Of a stretch of DNA of 64,000 nucleotides, positions 37,521-49,200 are shown piece by piece (within the stretch, counting starts at the first letter, position 1; each line of letters begins with the position of its first letter). Location of the stretch: contig CAWBYW010000030.1 in NCBI GenBank assembly GCA_963792965.1, positions 1 to 64,000 on the forward strand, read 5' to 3'. The stretch comes from an uncultured delta proteobacterium. Lineage in GTDB: Bacteria; Desulfobacterota; Zymogenia; Zymogenales; Zymogenaceae. Under the pieces are notes generated by a model. The model was not told the DNA's origin, did not search any database, and saw nothing but the letters and a program-made list of their open reading frames with translations. Position numbers and translations under genes: made by a program.

Positions 37521-38863
37521 GCATCCTCGATTCCGTATCGCTTGATCTTTTCTATGAGGGTAGAGCGGGATATGCCCAGAAGGCGCGCCGCCTCCGATCG
37601 GTTCCCTCCGACGGACACGAGCACCCGAATGATATAGTCCCTCTCCATCTGAACAAGCGGCTTCACCTCACGGGGCGCCCCGGACGGGCCGCCGACGAGC
37701 TCCATCGGCAACACGGCGGTCGTCACCTTATCAGTATCGGTCAGGATGACCGCCCGCTCGATGACGTTCTTGAGCTCGCGGACGTTGCCGGGCCAGTGGT
37801 ATCCCATGAGGATATCCATTGCGCCCTCGGATATCCCCCTCACATTCTTTCTCAGCTCTCCGTTAGCCCGCTCCAGGAAGACCTCCATGAGGGGGGGGAT
37901 ATCCTCCGTTCGATCCCTCAGCGGAGGGACCTCGATCACCATGACCTTGAGCCGATAGTAGAGGTCGTCCCGGAACTTCCCTTCGGAGACGAGGCGGGCA
38001 AGGTCCTTGTTGGTGGCGGCGATGACCCGGGCGTCGACCGTGATCTCCTTGACTCCGCCGACAGGATTGAACGTCTGGGTCTCGAGGAACCGGAGCACCT
38101 TGGGCTGAAGCGAGAGCTTCATCTCCCCGATCTCATCCAGGAAGAGCGTCCCCCCGGCGGCCAGCTCGAAGAGTCCCTTCTTATTCTCCTTGGCATCGGT
38201 AAAGGCCCCTTTCTTGTAGCCGAAGAATTCCGATTCGAGCAGCTGCTCGGGGACGGCGCTCACGTTGATCTTGATGAGGGGAAAGTCGGCCCGTTCCGAC
38301 ACACGGTGGATCGCATTGGCCACCAGCTCCTTGCCCGTCCCGCTCTCTCCCGTCACGAGGACCGGCGTCCGCGGAGTCCTGGCCACGATGGAGATGAGCT
38401 CCCTGACCGCCTGAATGGCGGGACTTCTTCCGACGATCTCATGCGGCTCCCCCTGACGCTCCCGCTTGAGCGTGGAGAGCTGCGCCAGAAGACGCGAGTT
38501 CTGGAGCGCCCGGGAGACGATCACCTTCAGCTCCTCCAGCTCGAAGGGTTTCTGGAGATAATCGGTGGCGCCCGCCTTCATCGCTGAGACCGCCACTTTC
38601 ACGTCGGAATAGGCCGTCATGACGATCACCGGGATGTCGGGCTCGATCTCGCGAACCGTCGCCAGCAGGTCCAGGCCGTTCATGTCCGGCAACCTGATAT
38701 CAAGGAGGATGAGGTCGACCGCGCTGTCTTCGAGCACTTCCCGCGCGCGCCCCCCTTGTGTTACCACGACGGCGTCACACCCCTGCTTGGACAGAACGCG
38801 CTTGATGGAATCCCCCATCAGCGAATCGTCCTCGACCACAAGGATTTTTGGTTTTACCTCCAT
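37514..38863 (-). CDS. Sigma-54-dependent response regulator (NtrC/AtoC family: REC, AAA+, Fis-type HTH)
   Basis: LLDIRLPD, GESGTGKE, ESEFFGYKKGAFTDA, LFLDEIG, FRDDLYYRL, WPGNVREL, AARLLGISRSTL. Confidence 0.95.
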   Translation of the reverse strand: MEVKPKILVVEDDSLMGDSIKRVLSKQGCDAVVVTQGGRAREVLEDSAVDLILLDIRLPDMNGLDLLATVREIEPDIPVIVMTAYSDVKVAVSAMKAGATDYLQKPFELEELKVIVSRALQNSRLLAQLSTLKRERQGEPHEIVGRSPAIQAVRELISIVARTPRTPVLVTGESGTGKELVANAIHRVSERADFPLIKINVSAVPEQLLESEFFGYKKGAFTDAKENKKGLFELAAGGTLFLDEIGEMKLSLQPKVLRFLETQTFNPVGGVKEITVDARVIAATNKDLARLVSEGKFRDDLYYRLKVMVIEVPPLRDRTEDIPPLMEVFLERANGELRKNVRGISEGAMDILMGYHWPGNVRELKNVIERAVILTDTDKVTTAVLPMELVGGPSGAPREVKPLVQMERDYIIRVLVSVGGNRSEAARLLGISRSTLIEKIKRYGIEDAV

Positions 38864-38864
38864 A

Positions 38865-39991
38865 TCAGGAGATCGTCGGAAGGTTAATGATAAAGGTGGT
38901 GCCCTGGCCCTTCTTGCTGTTTACCGCGATGGACCCGCCGTGCTTCTGGATGATCCGGTAGGTGATCGAAAGGCCGAGTCCCGTTCCCTTGGCGTTGGTG
39001 GTAAAGAAGGGGTCGAATATCTTGTTGATATGCTCGTCGTCGATGCCGGCTCCCGTGTCGGAGACGGATACCTCCAGGACATGTTTTCGCGCGCTGTTCT
39101 TCTTGCCCCAGGCGGTGATGAAGATCTTTTTTCGCGCTCCGGATCCATGAACTCGATGGAGTTGAGGAAGAGATTCAGGAAGACCTGCTGCAGCTGCAGG
39201 AAATCGCCGTGGACGACCGGGAGGTTGGCCGCATATTTTTCGACAATCTCGATCTTATTGTTCTTGATATCCTTGGTGAGCAGAAGGAGCACCTCCCTGA
39301 CGACGTCCCTGATGTCGCAATGGACGAACATCGGTTTCTTGGGCTTGGCAAAGGAGAAAAAGGTCCTGAGCATCGTGTCCAGGCGGTCGATTTCTTTGAC
39401 GATGCGCGACAGGAACTCACGCTTGGGGTCGTCGGCCTCCATCTCTTCTTCCATCGCCTGGGCGGTCGTCTTGATGGCGGCAAGGGGGTTCCTGATCTCG
39501 TGGGCGATGCCGGAGGATATCTCTCCGAGCGAGGCCAGCCTATCCATCCTGAGGATTTCCTCCTGCATCCGATGGATCTCGGTGAGGTCCTTAAAGGTGA
39601 TGATATGTCCCTGGATGTTGCCGGCGTTGTCGGTATAGACGGTGGCGCTTGTCCCGATCGAGACCTTCTCGCCGTTGAGCCTCTTTACCTCGGTCTCCTT
39701 CCCCACCCGGGCCTCACCGGCCCTGAATCCCCCCGCGAGCACCCGGTCGATATCGCCGGGGCTGAAGATGTCTTCGATATTGTGGCCGATCACCTTCTTC
39801 CGGTCGTAGCCGAGAATGTCCTGGGCCGCCTTGTTGAAGTAGAGGACTTTCCCCTTCTGGTCTATGGTGATGAGGCCGTCCTGAACGATCTCGACGATAC
39901 TCTCGGTAAATTGCTCAAGGTCGGCCGGAGTCCTGGCGTACCGCTCCGTCTCCCCAGGGGCCTTCTTTTCAGTCCCCGCCTTTGCCTTCAT
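38865..39991 (-). CDS. Cytoplasmic PAS-domain sensor histidine kinase; frameshift at an A6 run (39127-39132)
   Basis: PAS domain, IAHEIRNPL and QQVFLNLFLNS in frame 1; SDTGAGI, IFDPFFTT, GTGLGL and HGG in the shifted frame, ending at TGA 38865 next to the regulator start. Confidence 0.9.
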
Positions 39992-40055
39992 GAAGCCTCC
40001 GTGCGCTCGGAAAAGTTGTTCACTAACACCCGATTAACGAAAGGAAACGGCCCTT

Positions 40056-40084
40056 ACTTTATCAAACGAGACAGGTGATGTCAA
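40056..40084 (-). promoter_or_regulatory. Putative sigma-70 promoter for the kinase-regulator pair
   Basis: Minus strand TTGACA-N17-TAAAGT. Confidence 0.55.
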
Positions 40085-40153
40085 ACAACAAAAAGCATTG
40101 ATTTTTTGCCGATGCCATGTTATCAAAGAGGAGGAGCCCTCCACCACCCACAC

Positions 40154-41224
40154 ATGAGGATGACGCCTGTGAAAAATACCGGAATAGTCAAAGACCCCAT
40201 CTACCTTGAGCACAAGCCCGGCTATCTCCACTGGGAGAGTCCCCAGCGGCTGGAGGTGCTCTACGAGATGCTGGGTGAGGCCGATATGGCGGATCTGTTC
40301 GAGACGATAGCGCCACGTCGTGCCACGAGGGAGGAAATCGAGCTGATCCACGGGCACTCCTATTACGACTATGTGGCCTCGACGGCGGGCAAGGAGCGCG
40401 TGTCCCTCGATTCGGACACGCAGACCTCCGAGCGCTCGTTTGAGGCGGCGCTCTTTGCCGCCGGCGGCCTCCTGGTGGGTCTGGATAAGATCATGAAGGA
40501 TGAGGTCGCCAACGTCTTTGCCCTCGTGCGCCCCCCCGGCCATCATGCCGAGGCGAACCAGGGCATGGGCTTTTGCCTCTTCAATAACGTGGCGATCGCC
40601 GCGGCCTACGCGATGAAAAACTACTCGCTCTCGCGGATCCTTATCGTGGACTGGGACCTCCACCACGGCAACGGCACTCAGCACTCGTTTGCCCGCGACC
40701 GGCGCGTCCTCTATTTTTCCACCCACCAGTTTCCCTACTACCCGGGAAGCGGCTCCTTCGGCGAGGTCGGGGAGGGCGAGGGGAAGGGGTTTACCGTCAA
40801 CGTTCCCCTCTCGACAGGAAACGGCGACGCCGAATATTATAAGATATTCAAGAAAATACTGGTTCCCATCGCCACCGAGTATAATCCCCAGCTCGTGTTG
40901 GTCTCGGCGGGATTTGACACCTACTTCAAAGACCCGCTCGGCGGCATGGAGGTGACCTCCGGGGGATACGCGGCCCTTGCCCAGGTCGTCCTGGACATCG
41001 CGAAAGCGTGCTCGGGAAACAAGCTCCTGGTCACCCTTGAGGGCGGCTACAATCTCGGGGGCCTGAGGGACGGGGTAAAGAGCGTGATCCAGCAGCTTTC
41101 GGGCGAAAACGTTGCTGACCCCGACCTGACCGATCGGAATCTCGGACAGCTCGGCATGACCGCCGACCATACCATCGCCCGTGTGATCGGGATCCAGAAA
41201 GAATACTGGAAGTGCTTTTCTTAA
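40154..41224 (+). CDS. Zinc-dependent histone deacetylase family protein (AcuC/APAH-like)
   Basis: HWESPQRL, RPPGHHA, GFCLFNN, DWDLHHGNGTQ, SAGFD, LEGGY. Confidence 0.93.
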   Translation: MRMTPVKNTGIVKDPIYLEHKPGYLHWESPQRLEVLYEMLGEADMADLFETIAPRRATREEIELIHGHSYYDYVASTAGKERVSLDSDTQTSERSFEAALFAAGGLLVGLDKIMKDEVANVFALVRPPGHHAEANQGMGFCLFNNVAIAAAYAMKNYSLSRILIVDWDLHHGNGTQHSFARDRRVLYFSTHQFPYYPGSGSFGEVGEGEGKGFTVNVPLSTGNGDAEYYKIFKKILVPIATEYNPQLVLVSAGFDTYFKDPLGGMEVTSGGYAALAQVVLDIAKACSGNKLLVTLEGGYNLGGLRDGVKSVIQQLSGENVADPDLTDRNLGQLGMTADHTIARVIGIQKEYWKCFS

Positions 41225-41288
41225 CCGAGCCCCAACCACCGACGCCGCCCAAGGATAGAGGCACTGCCCTCATTATCCTACAGGAGCC

Positions 41289-43089
41289 ATGGCATGACAG
41301 CACAAGACCCTCAACGGTGTCTTCTGCGACAACGCGAAGAAATTCGCGGATGACGTCATCATCAAGTACAAGCCCCGGAAGGGAGGGCCCTATACCGACC
41401 TGACCTGGAGGGAGCTCTCCGACCGGGCGACGGCCTTTGCCACGGGGATGGTCGCCATAGGGCTCAAACCGGGTGACCGGCTCGGTATCCTGTCGGCCAA
41501 CCGCATCGAATGGATTGTTGCCGACCTCGGCACCCTCCTTTCGGGCGGCATAGATGTGCCGATCTACCACACCAACACCGCCGAGCAGTGCGCCTACATC
41601 GTCAAGGATTCCGGATCCCGCTTCATCGTCGTGGAGGACGCGCAGCAGCTCTCTAAAGTGCTCGAGAAACGGCGTGACCTGAAAGGGCTTGCCCGGATCA
41701 TCCTCATCGAGGGAGTCACCGCCCCAGGATAGTAGGGACGTCATGACGTTTGCCGAGCTCCTGGAGAAAGGTGCGTCGGGCGGCGCGAAGCTCCGGGCCG
41801 AGGTGGATCGGCGCACGGGCGCGGTCAAATCCGACGATCCGGCCACCATCGTCTACACCTCCGGCACGACCGGCCCCCCCAAGGGGTGCACCCTGTCTCA
41901 CAGTAACGCCGTCTTCGTGCTGGACTCCATCAAAGAGATTATCCATATCGACGGCCGGTCAAACCTCTCGCTCATGATCCTTCCGATATCCCACTTCTAC
42001 CCGCGCGTTTCGGGCTATTACTACAATATCTACAGCAATATCCCCTTTGCCATCGCGGAGTCTATCGACACGCTCGCAATGAACATGATGGAGACGAGTC
42101 CCACGTACTTCACGAGCGTCCCCCGTATCTTCGAAAAGGTCTACGCGCGGATCACCGCCGCGGCGTCCGGGGGCTCGGCCGTAAAAAGGCTCCTATTTCG
42201 GTGGGCGGTATCGGTGGGAAGGAGGCGGAGCAGGCTCCTCAACGGGCATGAGCGTGTGCCGGCGCTCCTCAGGTTCAGGTTCGCCGTCGCCGACGCCCTC
42301 GTCTTCAAGAAGATCCGCGCGCTCCTCGGGGGCCGGCTCACCTTCGCGCTTTCGGCGGGCGCCCCACTCTCCGCCGAGGTCGGTGAGTTCATCCACAGCA
42401 TCGGCGTCCAGGTCCTGGAGTTCTACGGGCTGACCGAGACCGTCGGCGGCACCATGACGACCTTTGAGGCGTGCAGATACGGCACGGTCGGCCGTCCGAT
42501 GCCGGGATTCGAGGTAAAGATCGCCGAGGACGGCGAAATCCTCATCCGTGGCAACAATTTCCTGGGCTATCACAACAAGGCCGAGCTGACCGCCGATACG
42601 ATCAGGGGCGGCTGGTGCTATACGGGTGATATCGGCACGTGGGACGTGGACGGTTACCTTGTCATCACCGACCGAAAGAAGGACCTCATCATTACCTCAG
42701 GTGGCAAAAACATCTCTCCGGCAAACATCGAAAATCTTCTCAAGCAGATTCGCCTCGTATCGCTGCCGATGGTCTACGGCAACAACAAAAATTACCTGAC
42801 GGCACTCATCACGCTGGACAAAAACGAAACGGAGTTTTTTGCCCAGCAACACGGTATCCCCTATGCCTCCTTTGAAGAGCTGACAGGGCGCCCCGAAATC
42901 ATGGAGGTGATCCAAAAAGGTGTTGACGCGACGAACCGGGAGCTGGCGAAGTTTGAGACGATAAAGAAATTCATCGTGCTGCCCCGCGAATTTTCCCAGG
43001 AGGAAGGTGAGATCACTCCGACCCTCAAGGTCAAGCGGAAGGTCATCACCGAAAAATATCGGGACCTCCTGGCATCGCTCTACGAATAG
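41289..43089 (+). CDS. Long-chain-fatty-acid--CoA ligase (FadD15/ACSBG-like); in-frame TGA at codon 3 and frameshift near 41725
   Basis: AGGAG RBS before the ATG at 41289; GLKPGDR, IVYTSGTTGPPKG, VPRIFEK, YGLTE, YTGD, DRKKD, TPTLKVKR. Confidence 0.88.
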
Positions 43090-43095
43090 TCGACG

Positions 43096-46000
43096 ATGGC
43101 GCGCCTCTTTTCAGGACCCTTCTTCCCCTCCCTCGAGGAGCGGCTCGCAGCGCGAGCTTTCCTCGATCAGACAAAGGGACCCGTTTTCCCCCGTCGCCGT
43201 GCTCGCGCCCACACGGCCCGCCGTACGGAGGCTCCAGTCACTTCTCGCCGCCCAAGGCCCGTGGGTCAACATCCATTTTCACACCTTCTTTACCCTGGCC
43301 GTTTCCGTCCTCAAGGGGGCCGGGAAGGAGGTCCGGCCGAGCCCGCCGCCGTCCGCCCTTTCGCTCCTCCTGAAAGAAGTTATCGAGGCCCAATCGCCGC
43401 AAAACGAGCATACCCGCTTTTTCCTCAGGTACGAGAGCTGCCTGGAGCGGCTCCTTTTTCTCTTTTCCCGCTTCACCTCCTATCGGATCGACCCGCCCGC
43501 GCACCCGGTCGGGATTGAAATGACCCTCTTTGAGATCTATCGCTCGTTTGAGGACGAGAAGCTGGCGCGCGCGATCCGTGACGCGGAAGATCTTATAGGT
43601 GACGCCGCACGCCTCTTGCCATCCGGCATCCCCGAAGGCGTGCCACGAACCGTTCTGCTCTACGGTTTCTATGACCTCAACCCGGCGCAACGGGAGATTG
43701 TCAGGCACCTCGACGAGCAGGGCGACCTCACGATATGCGCCCCGGGCGGCTTTTCGGAGGAAGCCGAGGAATTTTTCGTCGAGACCCGCACCTTCTACCG
43801 GGAGCTCGCCGAGCGATCAGGGGGACACGGCGCAAACATCAGCCGCCGATCATGAGCCGGCGATCCTCCCCGTCGCACGGGACCTCTTTTCGACCGGGCC
43901 TGTAGCCCCGCACGAGGCCGGGGGCGCGATCGGGATGATCACCGCCTCGGGGATTTTCGGTGAGGCGCGCGCGGTGGCGCTTGAGATCGTCCGACTGAGG
44001 GAGGCACAACCCCTCGATCTCCTGGCACGAGATTGCGGTGACCATGAGGGAGCTTTCCGACTTTGCCGAAGCCCTATGCGGCGCGCTTGCCGACTTCTCG
44101 ATTCCCGCCGTTTTCAACGGAGGGCTTCCCCCTCTCGTCGATGCCCGAGGTCAGATATTTCCTCATACTGCTGTCCGCCCTCGAGAAGAGGCTTCCTCGT
44201 GACGACATCGTCTTTCTCCTCTCATCGGCACTTTTCGCCTGGCCGGATCTCGCTCTAACAGATCAAGCCTGGGTGCGCGACAACGCCCACCTCCTGTCGG
44301 CGATCGCCAGGAAATATCGGATCATCTCGGGCAAGAACGAGTGGGAAAACGCCTTCATCGAGCACGAGCGGTATCCCCTCCTCTTTGACCCCCTCGACGA
44401 TGAGACGGACGGCGCGGCCTTGTACGACCGGGAGCGATCGATGGCGCGCTATATCACCGCGGCGCGGCCGGTCATCACCGGATTTCTCCGAACCCTTGCC
44501 GACATCCCGGCCGAGGCGCCCCTTTCCGACTACCACGAGCGCTTCAATTCCCTCATCGATACCTACATGCGGCCCCTTGATGGAGGATCACAGGCCGGGG
44601 GCTGTCTCAAAGAATTGCTTACCGCCGTCCGCGGCGTCTCCGAGATCCAGGCGCATAGTCACGCGTGCGGAGTACCTCGTACTCCTCAGAAAAGAGATCG
44701 GGCAGCGTACCGTGCCCGCGCGCGAAGACGGTGACGCTGTCTTTGTCTCCGACGTCATGGGCATGCGCGGCCTCTCCTTTGATGCCGTCTTCCTCATGGG
44801 GATGAACGAGAAGGTCTTCCCGCGCATCTCAAGCCGCGATCCCTTCCTCTCCGACGAGACCCGGCACGGCCTCGGCCTGCCCACGACGGCCTCCCGATCC
44901 CTTGAAGATCGTATCCTCTTCGTATTGGCCGTTGCGTCGGCACAAGACCGGCTCGTCGTCTCCCGGCAGCGCAGCGACGATGCGGGCCGGACCAGTCTCT
45001 CCCTCCCCGTTTCTCATGGAGCTTGCCTCGCGGATAACGATCGACGGCGCGCCCGTGGACCTCGCGTCCCCTCTCGCGGTGAGGGCGGGGCGCGACTATC
45101 CCCGGCTGCTGGCGGCGGACCCCGAGATCTCCCAATACCGGCACCAGGACGCGCGCGCCTTTCTCTGTCTCGGATGGCCGGCGCCCGATGACCTGAGGGC
45201 GGTACGGGCCGTCGTCTCCGAGACTCCTTTCCTGGGGGCGGGACTGGCTGCCCTCGACGATCGGGCGTCCGACAACGCCTTTTCGGTATATGACGGCCTC
45301 ATCGGCAACGTCGACGGTATTCTCGATATGATCGTGCCCCTCTCGTCCAGGAAGCTTGAGACCTACGCCTCGTGTCCGTTTGACTTTTTCATGCGCGATA
45401 TCCTTTCGGCCCAGCTCCAAGACGATGTCGAGGAGGAGCTGGACGTAGAGCCGAAGGAGCTGGGCCAGTTGTATCATCGAGTCCTCGCCAGGCTCTTCCC
45501 CACCCTCGTCGAAAAGGGTCTCTTCACAGCAAAGGATGCCGATGCGAAGATCATCGAGGGCCTCGTGAGCGGATACGTCAAGAAAGAGGTGTCGGGAAAG
45601 CTCCTCGGGCGCATCCCCGCACTGATCCTCCGGGCGCGGGAGGAGCACGCCGCCTTGATCATCGGGCGCCTGATCGGACGAGAGCGGTCGATCTCCCCGT
45701 GGGGATTTGTCCCGGCACGCTACGAGGTCGCTTTCGGAGGGCGCACGGACACGTTGCCGGAACACCCCGCCCTCATCCTTACCATCGGGTCCCAACCCCT
45801 CCCCTTTGTCGGCAGAATCGACCGGATCGACATCAACGAATCGGAAGGCGCGTTTTCCGTTATCGACTACAAACGGAAAAAGCCGTCCACCAGGCGTAAG
45901 CTTAAGACCGAGATCGAGCGCGGCCGCCATTTCCAGCTCCCCATCTACCTCATGGCCGCAGAGGACCTCCTCCTTGCCGGAAAGCGGACACCCGCAGGGG

Positions 46001-46284
46001 GCGCCCTCGTCTATCTGGAGACCGACGACGGGCCCGACCACCGGGAGACGCTTTCGCGCGAAGAATACGAACAGACCCGCGATGCCGTCGTGGAAGAGAT
46101 CGGGGAAGTCATCACGGAGATGCAGTCGGGGAACTTTACCCCGTTCAGGGGAGACTCGTGCCGCTTCTGCGGCTATCGGGACCTCTGCCGCAGCGACATC
46201 AAGGCTATCGGCAAGATCAGAAGGGAAAAGACGACCACGGAGCCCGCCGAGGGCAAACAGGGTACTAACAACGATGAAGAATGA
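43096..46284 (+). CDS. addB: AddB/RexB-like helicase-nuclease subunit with PD-(D/E)xK nuclease and Fe-S cysteines; about six frameshifts
   Basis: Segments in successive frames: VLAPT, LYGFYDLNPAQ, EARAVA, RGLSFDAVFLMGMNE, SPSPF, LETYASCPF, GRIDRID, IDYK, QLPIY, CRFCGYRDLC; overlaps the addA start. Confidence 0.8.
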
Positions 46285-49200
46285 AACCGTCACGGAATCG
46301 TTCGCACTTGCCGGCGGCGTGAGCGCCGCGGTCATCGCCGGCGCAGGGACGGGGAAGACCACCCGCCTGATCGGGGAGATCGTCGCCCTGATCGAGCGTC
46401 GGGGTGTGCCCATCGAGCGAATCCTGGCGGTCACCTTCTCGGACGGGGCCGCCGCCGACATGAAACATAAGCTGAGGACGCGGCTTTCCGCGCCGCTCGG
46501 CGACACACATGGTGACCGCTTCCAGACGGCCCTGCTCTCTCTGCCGCGGGCACAGATCAGCACTATTCACTCACTTGCCCAGAAAATCCTCCGGGAAAAC
46601 CCATTCCAGGCCGGGATCGACCCCGGATTTGTTATCGAGGAGGAGTCATCCGATATCCTCCTGTCCGACGAGTTGTGGCGGTTATGGGCGCAGAAGGCCT
46701 TCCGGGGGGGGACGGAGTTCGACGAAGATCTTGTGATGCTGCTGGGGTATATGAGCGCGGAAAGTCTCAAGGGAATCGCGTTGACGCTGGCCGCGCGTCC
46801 TGATCGGCTCCCGGGCTATTTCCCCCACCGGGTGGATCCCGAGCAGGAAAAGAATCGCATTAAGAAAAAACTGCACGATCTCGGACAGTCCCTCTCGCGC
46901 GTCACCCCGTCGGTATCCGGCCCCGATCCCCTCTATGAAAGGTTTCGGACAGTCACTGAAATCCTTGCGCATGATGACCTTGCCGAGATCGCCGGCCTCG
47001 TACAGACGGCCCCCCTCAAGAAGCAGGGAGGCAGCAAAACCCGCTGGGCCGACCAGTCCGTCTTTCAGGCGGTAAAGGAGCTCATCGACGGGCCCGACGG
47101 TGCAATCGATACGCTCAAGGGAGTGGGGACCTTTCTGCGCCGCCTTGAGGAAGACGCCGTCACCCATACCGCGATCCGCGTCCTATCGGACTTCGTCGCT
47201 TTCTCGCGGGCCGAAAAGCGGCGGCGCGGGCTCCTCTCGTTCTTCGACCTGATATGGGAGACCAGGAGTCTCCTGGTGCGTGAGCCGAAGGTCAGAGAGC
47301 AATACCAGCACGAGTTTGACTACATCCTCGTCGACGAATTTCAGGACATCGATCCGATCCTCGGGGACATCATCCTGCTCCTGGCTGAGGACGGCCCCGC
47401 AGCAAAGCGCCCCGAGGACGTACGGCTGAAACCCGGAAAGCTTTTCATTGTGGGCGACCCAAAGCAGTCGATCTACCGCTTTCGGGAGGCGGAAGTCGGC
47501 GTCTTCTTCTCGGTGATGCGCAAGATCGAGGAATCGGGCGGCCGCTCCGATAAGCTCGATACCAACTACCGGAGCCAGCACCATCTCATCGACTTTCAAA
47601 ACGCGTTCTTTGACCGCTATATTCGCCACGAGGATGACCGGTTTGTCATCGAATACGTCCCCCTAAAACCCCACTTGCCCGACATAGCCGCGGCCGACCG
47701 GAAGCCCGTCGTCCGAATCGTCGATTCCGACCCAGGCTCAACGCTGTCGGCCGAGGAGATCAGGCGCGCGGAGGCGGACTTTATCGCCGCCCAGATAAAC
47801 GCGCTGGTCGAAAAGAAGGTCGAGGGGAGGATCATCAGGGATAGTGTGACCGGCACTGTACGCGATATCGAGTATCGGGATATCGCGATCCTTTTCCGCA
47901 GCCTGTCGGGTGTCTCTTCGCTCTATGAGGAGTCGCTCAAGAAGATAGGGATCCCCTATTTTATCGTGGGGGGGCGGGGCTATTTCCAGCGGCAGGAAGT
48001 GTACGATGTCACCAATATCATCAGGGCGATCGTTGATCCCGACGACCGGCGCGCGCTGGTCGGCGCCCTCAGGAGCCCGGCCTTCGGTATCGATGACCTG
48101 ACCCTCTATACGGCGGCGCGCCACCGCACGCTCTCCTATTTAACGAGCGATCCGGAGGGGCCGATGGGGGATGCGTTGGGCGCGATGAGGACCCTTCACG
48201 GCTCGGCGTTTCGGCTCACCCTCTCGGGGCTCCTTTCGGAGATCTACCGGACAATCCCGATTGTCGAGGTCAACGCATTCGGCCCCGGCGGCGTTCAGCG
48301 CGTCGGCAACCTCATGAAAATCAGGGAGACCGTGCTCGCCCTCGAATCGAAGGGCCCCTTTACCCTCTCGGCTTTCCTGAAGCTCCTCACGATGCTCTCG
48401 CTGGAGAGGGAGGACGAGGGTGAGGCGGCGGTGACCGAGGAGGGACGGGACGCCGTGCGGATCATGACGATCCACGCGGCCAAGGGGCTCGAATTCCCCA
48501 TCGTGATGGTCCCCGACCTCGGCAGGAAAAAGAGGCCGTGGGATCGTGAGGGGATCTTTATCAATCGTTCCGACACCGCCGTCTCCGGAGCGCGGCTTGG
48601 GCCCGTCGCCGATTTCGGGTATCGTGGCGCGATCAGAGAGCACGAGGAACTGCGCGCGGCGGCCGAGGAGAGGCGGCTCCTTTACGTCGCCGCCACCCGT
48701 GCGCGGGACCGGCTCATCCTGATTGGCTCGCCCAAAGAGATCACGAGCCACCAGCGCGCCCTGATGGAGTTTGCCGAGTCGATAGAGGGCGCTACGCCGA
48801 CCGTGGCCGCGCGGGAAAAGATCGACCGGGACCTCACTGAGAAGTTCTTCTTCGAAAAAAGGGGCGCGCGCATTGCCGACCTCTTCTCAGGACCCGCCGA
48901 CGCGACCCCGCTTGAGGAGGCACGGAAACGGGAAGAGGAGCGCCGCGCAGACTGTGAGCTCGCGATGGGCCGGCGTTTCTTCTCGTTTGTCACCGAGGGA
49001 AAACAGGAAGAACCATACGAGCCGCCCCGCGCCCCGGTCGTGGGTCCGGACGATACGGGGAGACTTGTGGGCACCCTCGTCCACGAGGTCCTGGGCCTGT
49101 CCGACCTCACGGGCGACGGACCGACGGACTCGCTGATTGCCACGGCGGTTGAGGGCATGGGTCTGGCGCCCGATGTCAGGGACCGGGTCATAGAGGAGGC

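Noticed and set aside
41295-41297. Selenocysteine or TGA reassignment
   Set aside because: TGA terminates many genes in this window, codon 3 is not a catalytic position, and I see no SECIS-like hairpin.
45707-46273. 189-aa N-terminal extension of AddA in the ORF track
   Set aside because: It overlaps the addB nuclease domain out of frame; Walker A follows shortly after the ATG at 46274, the plausible start.
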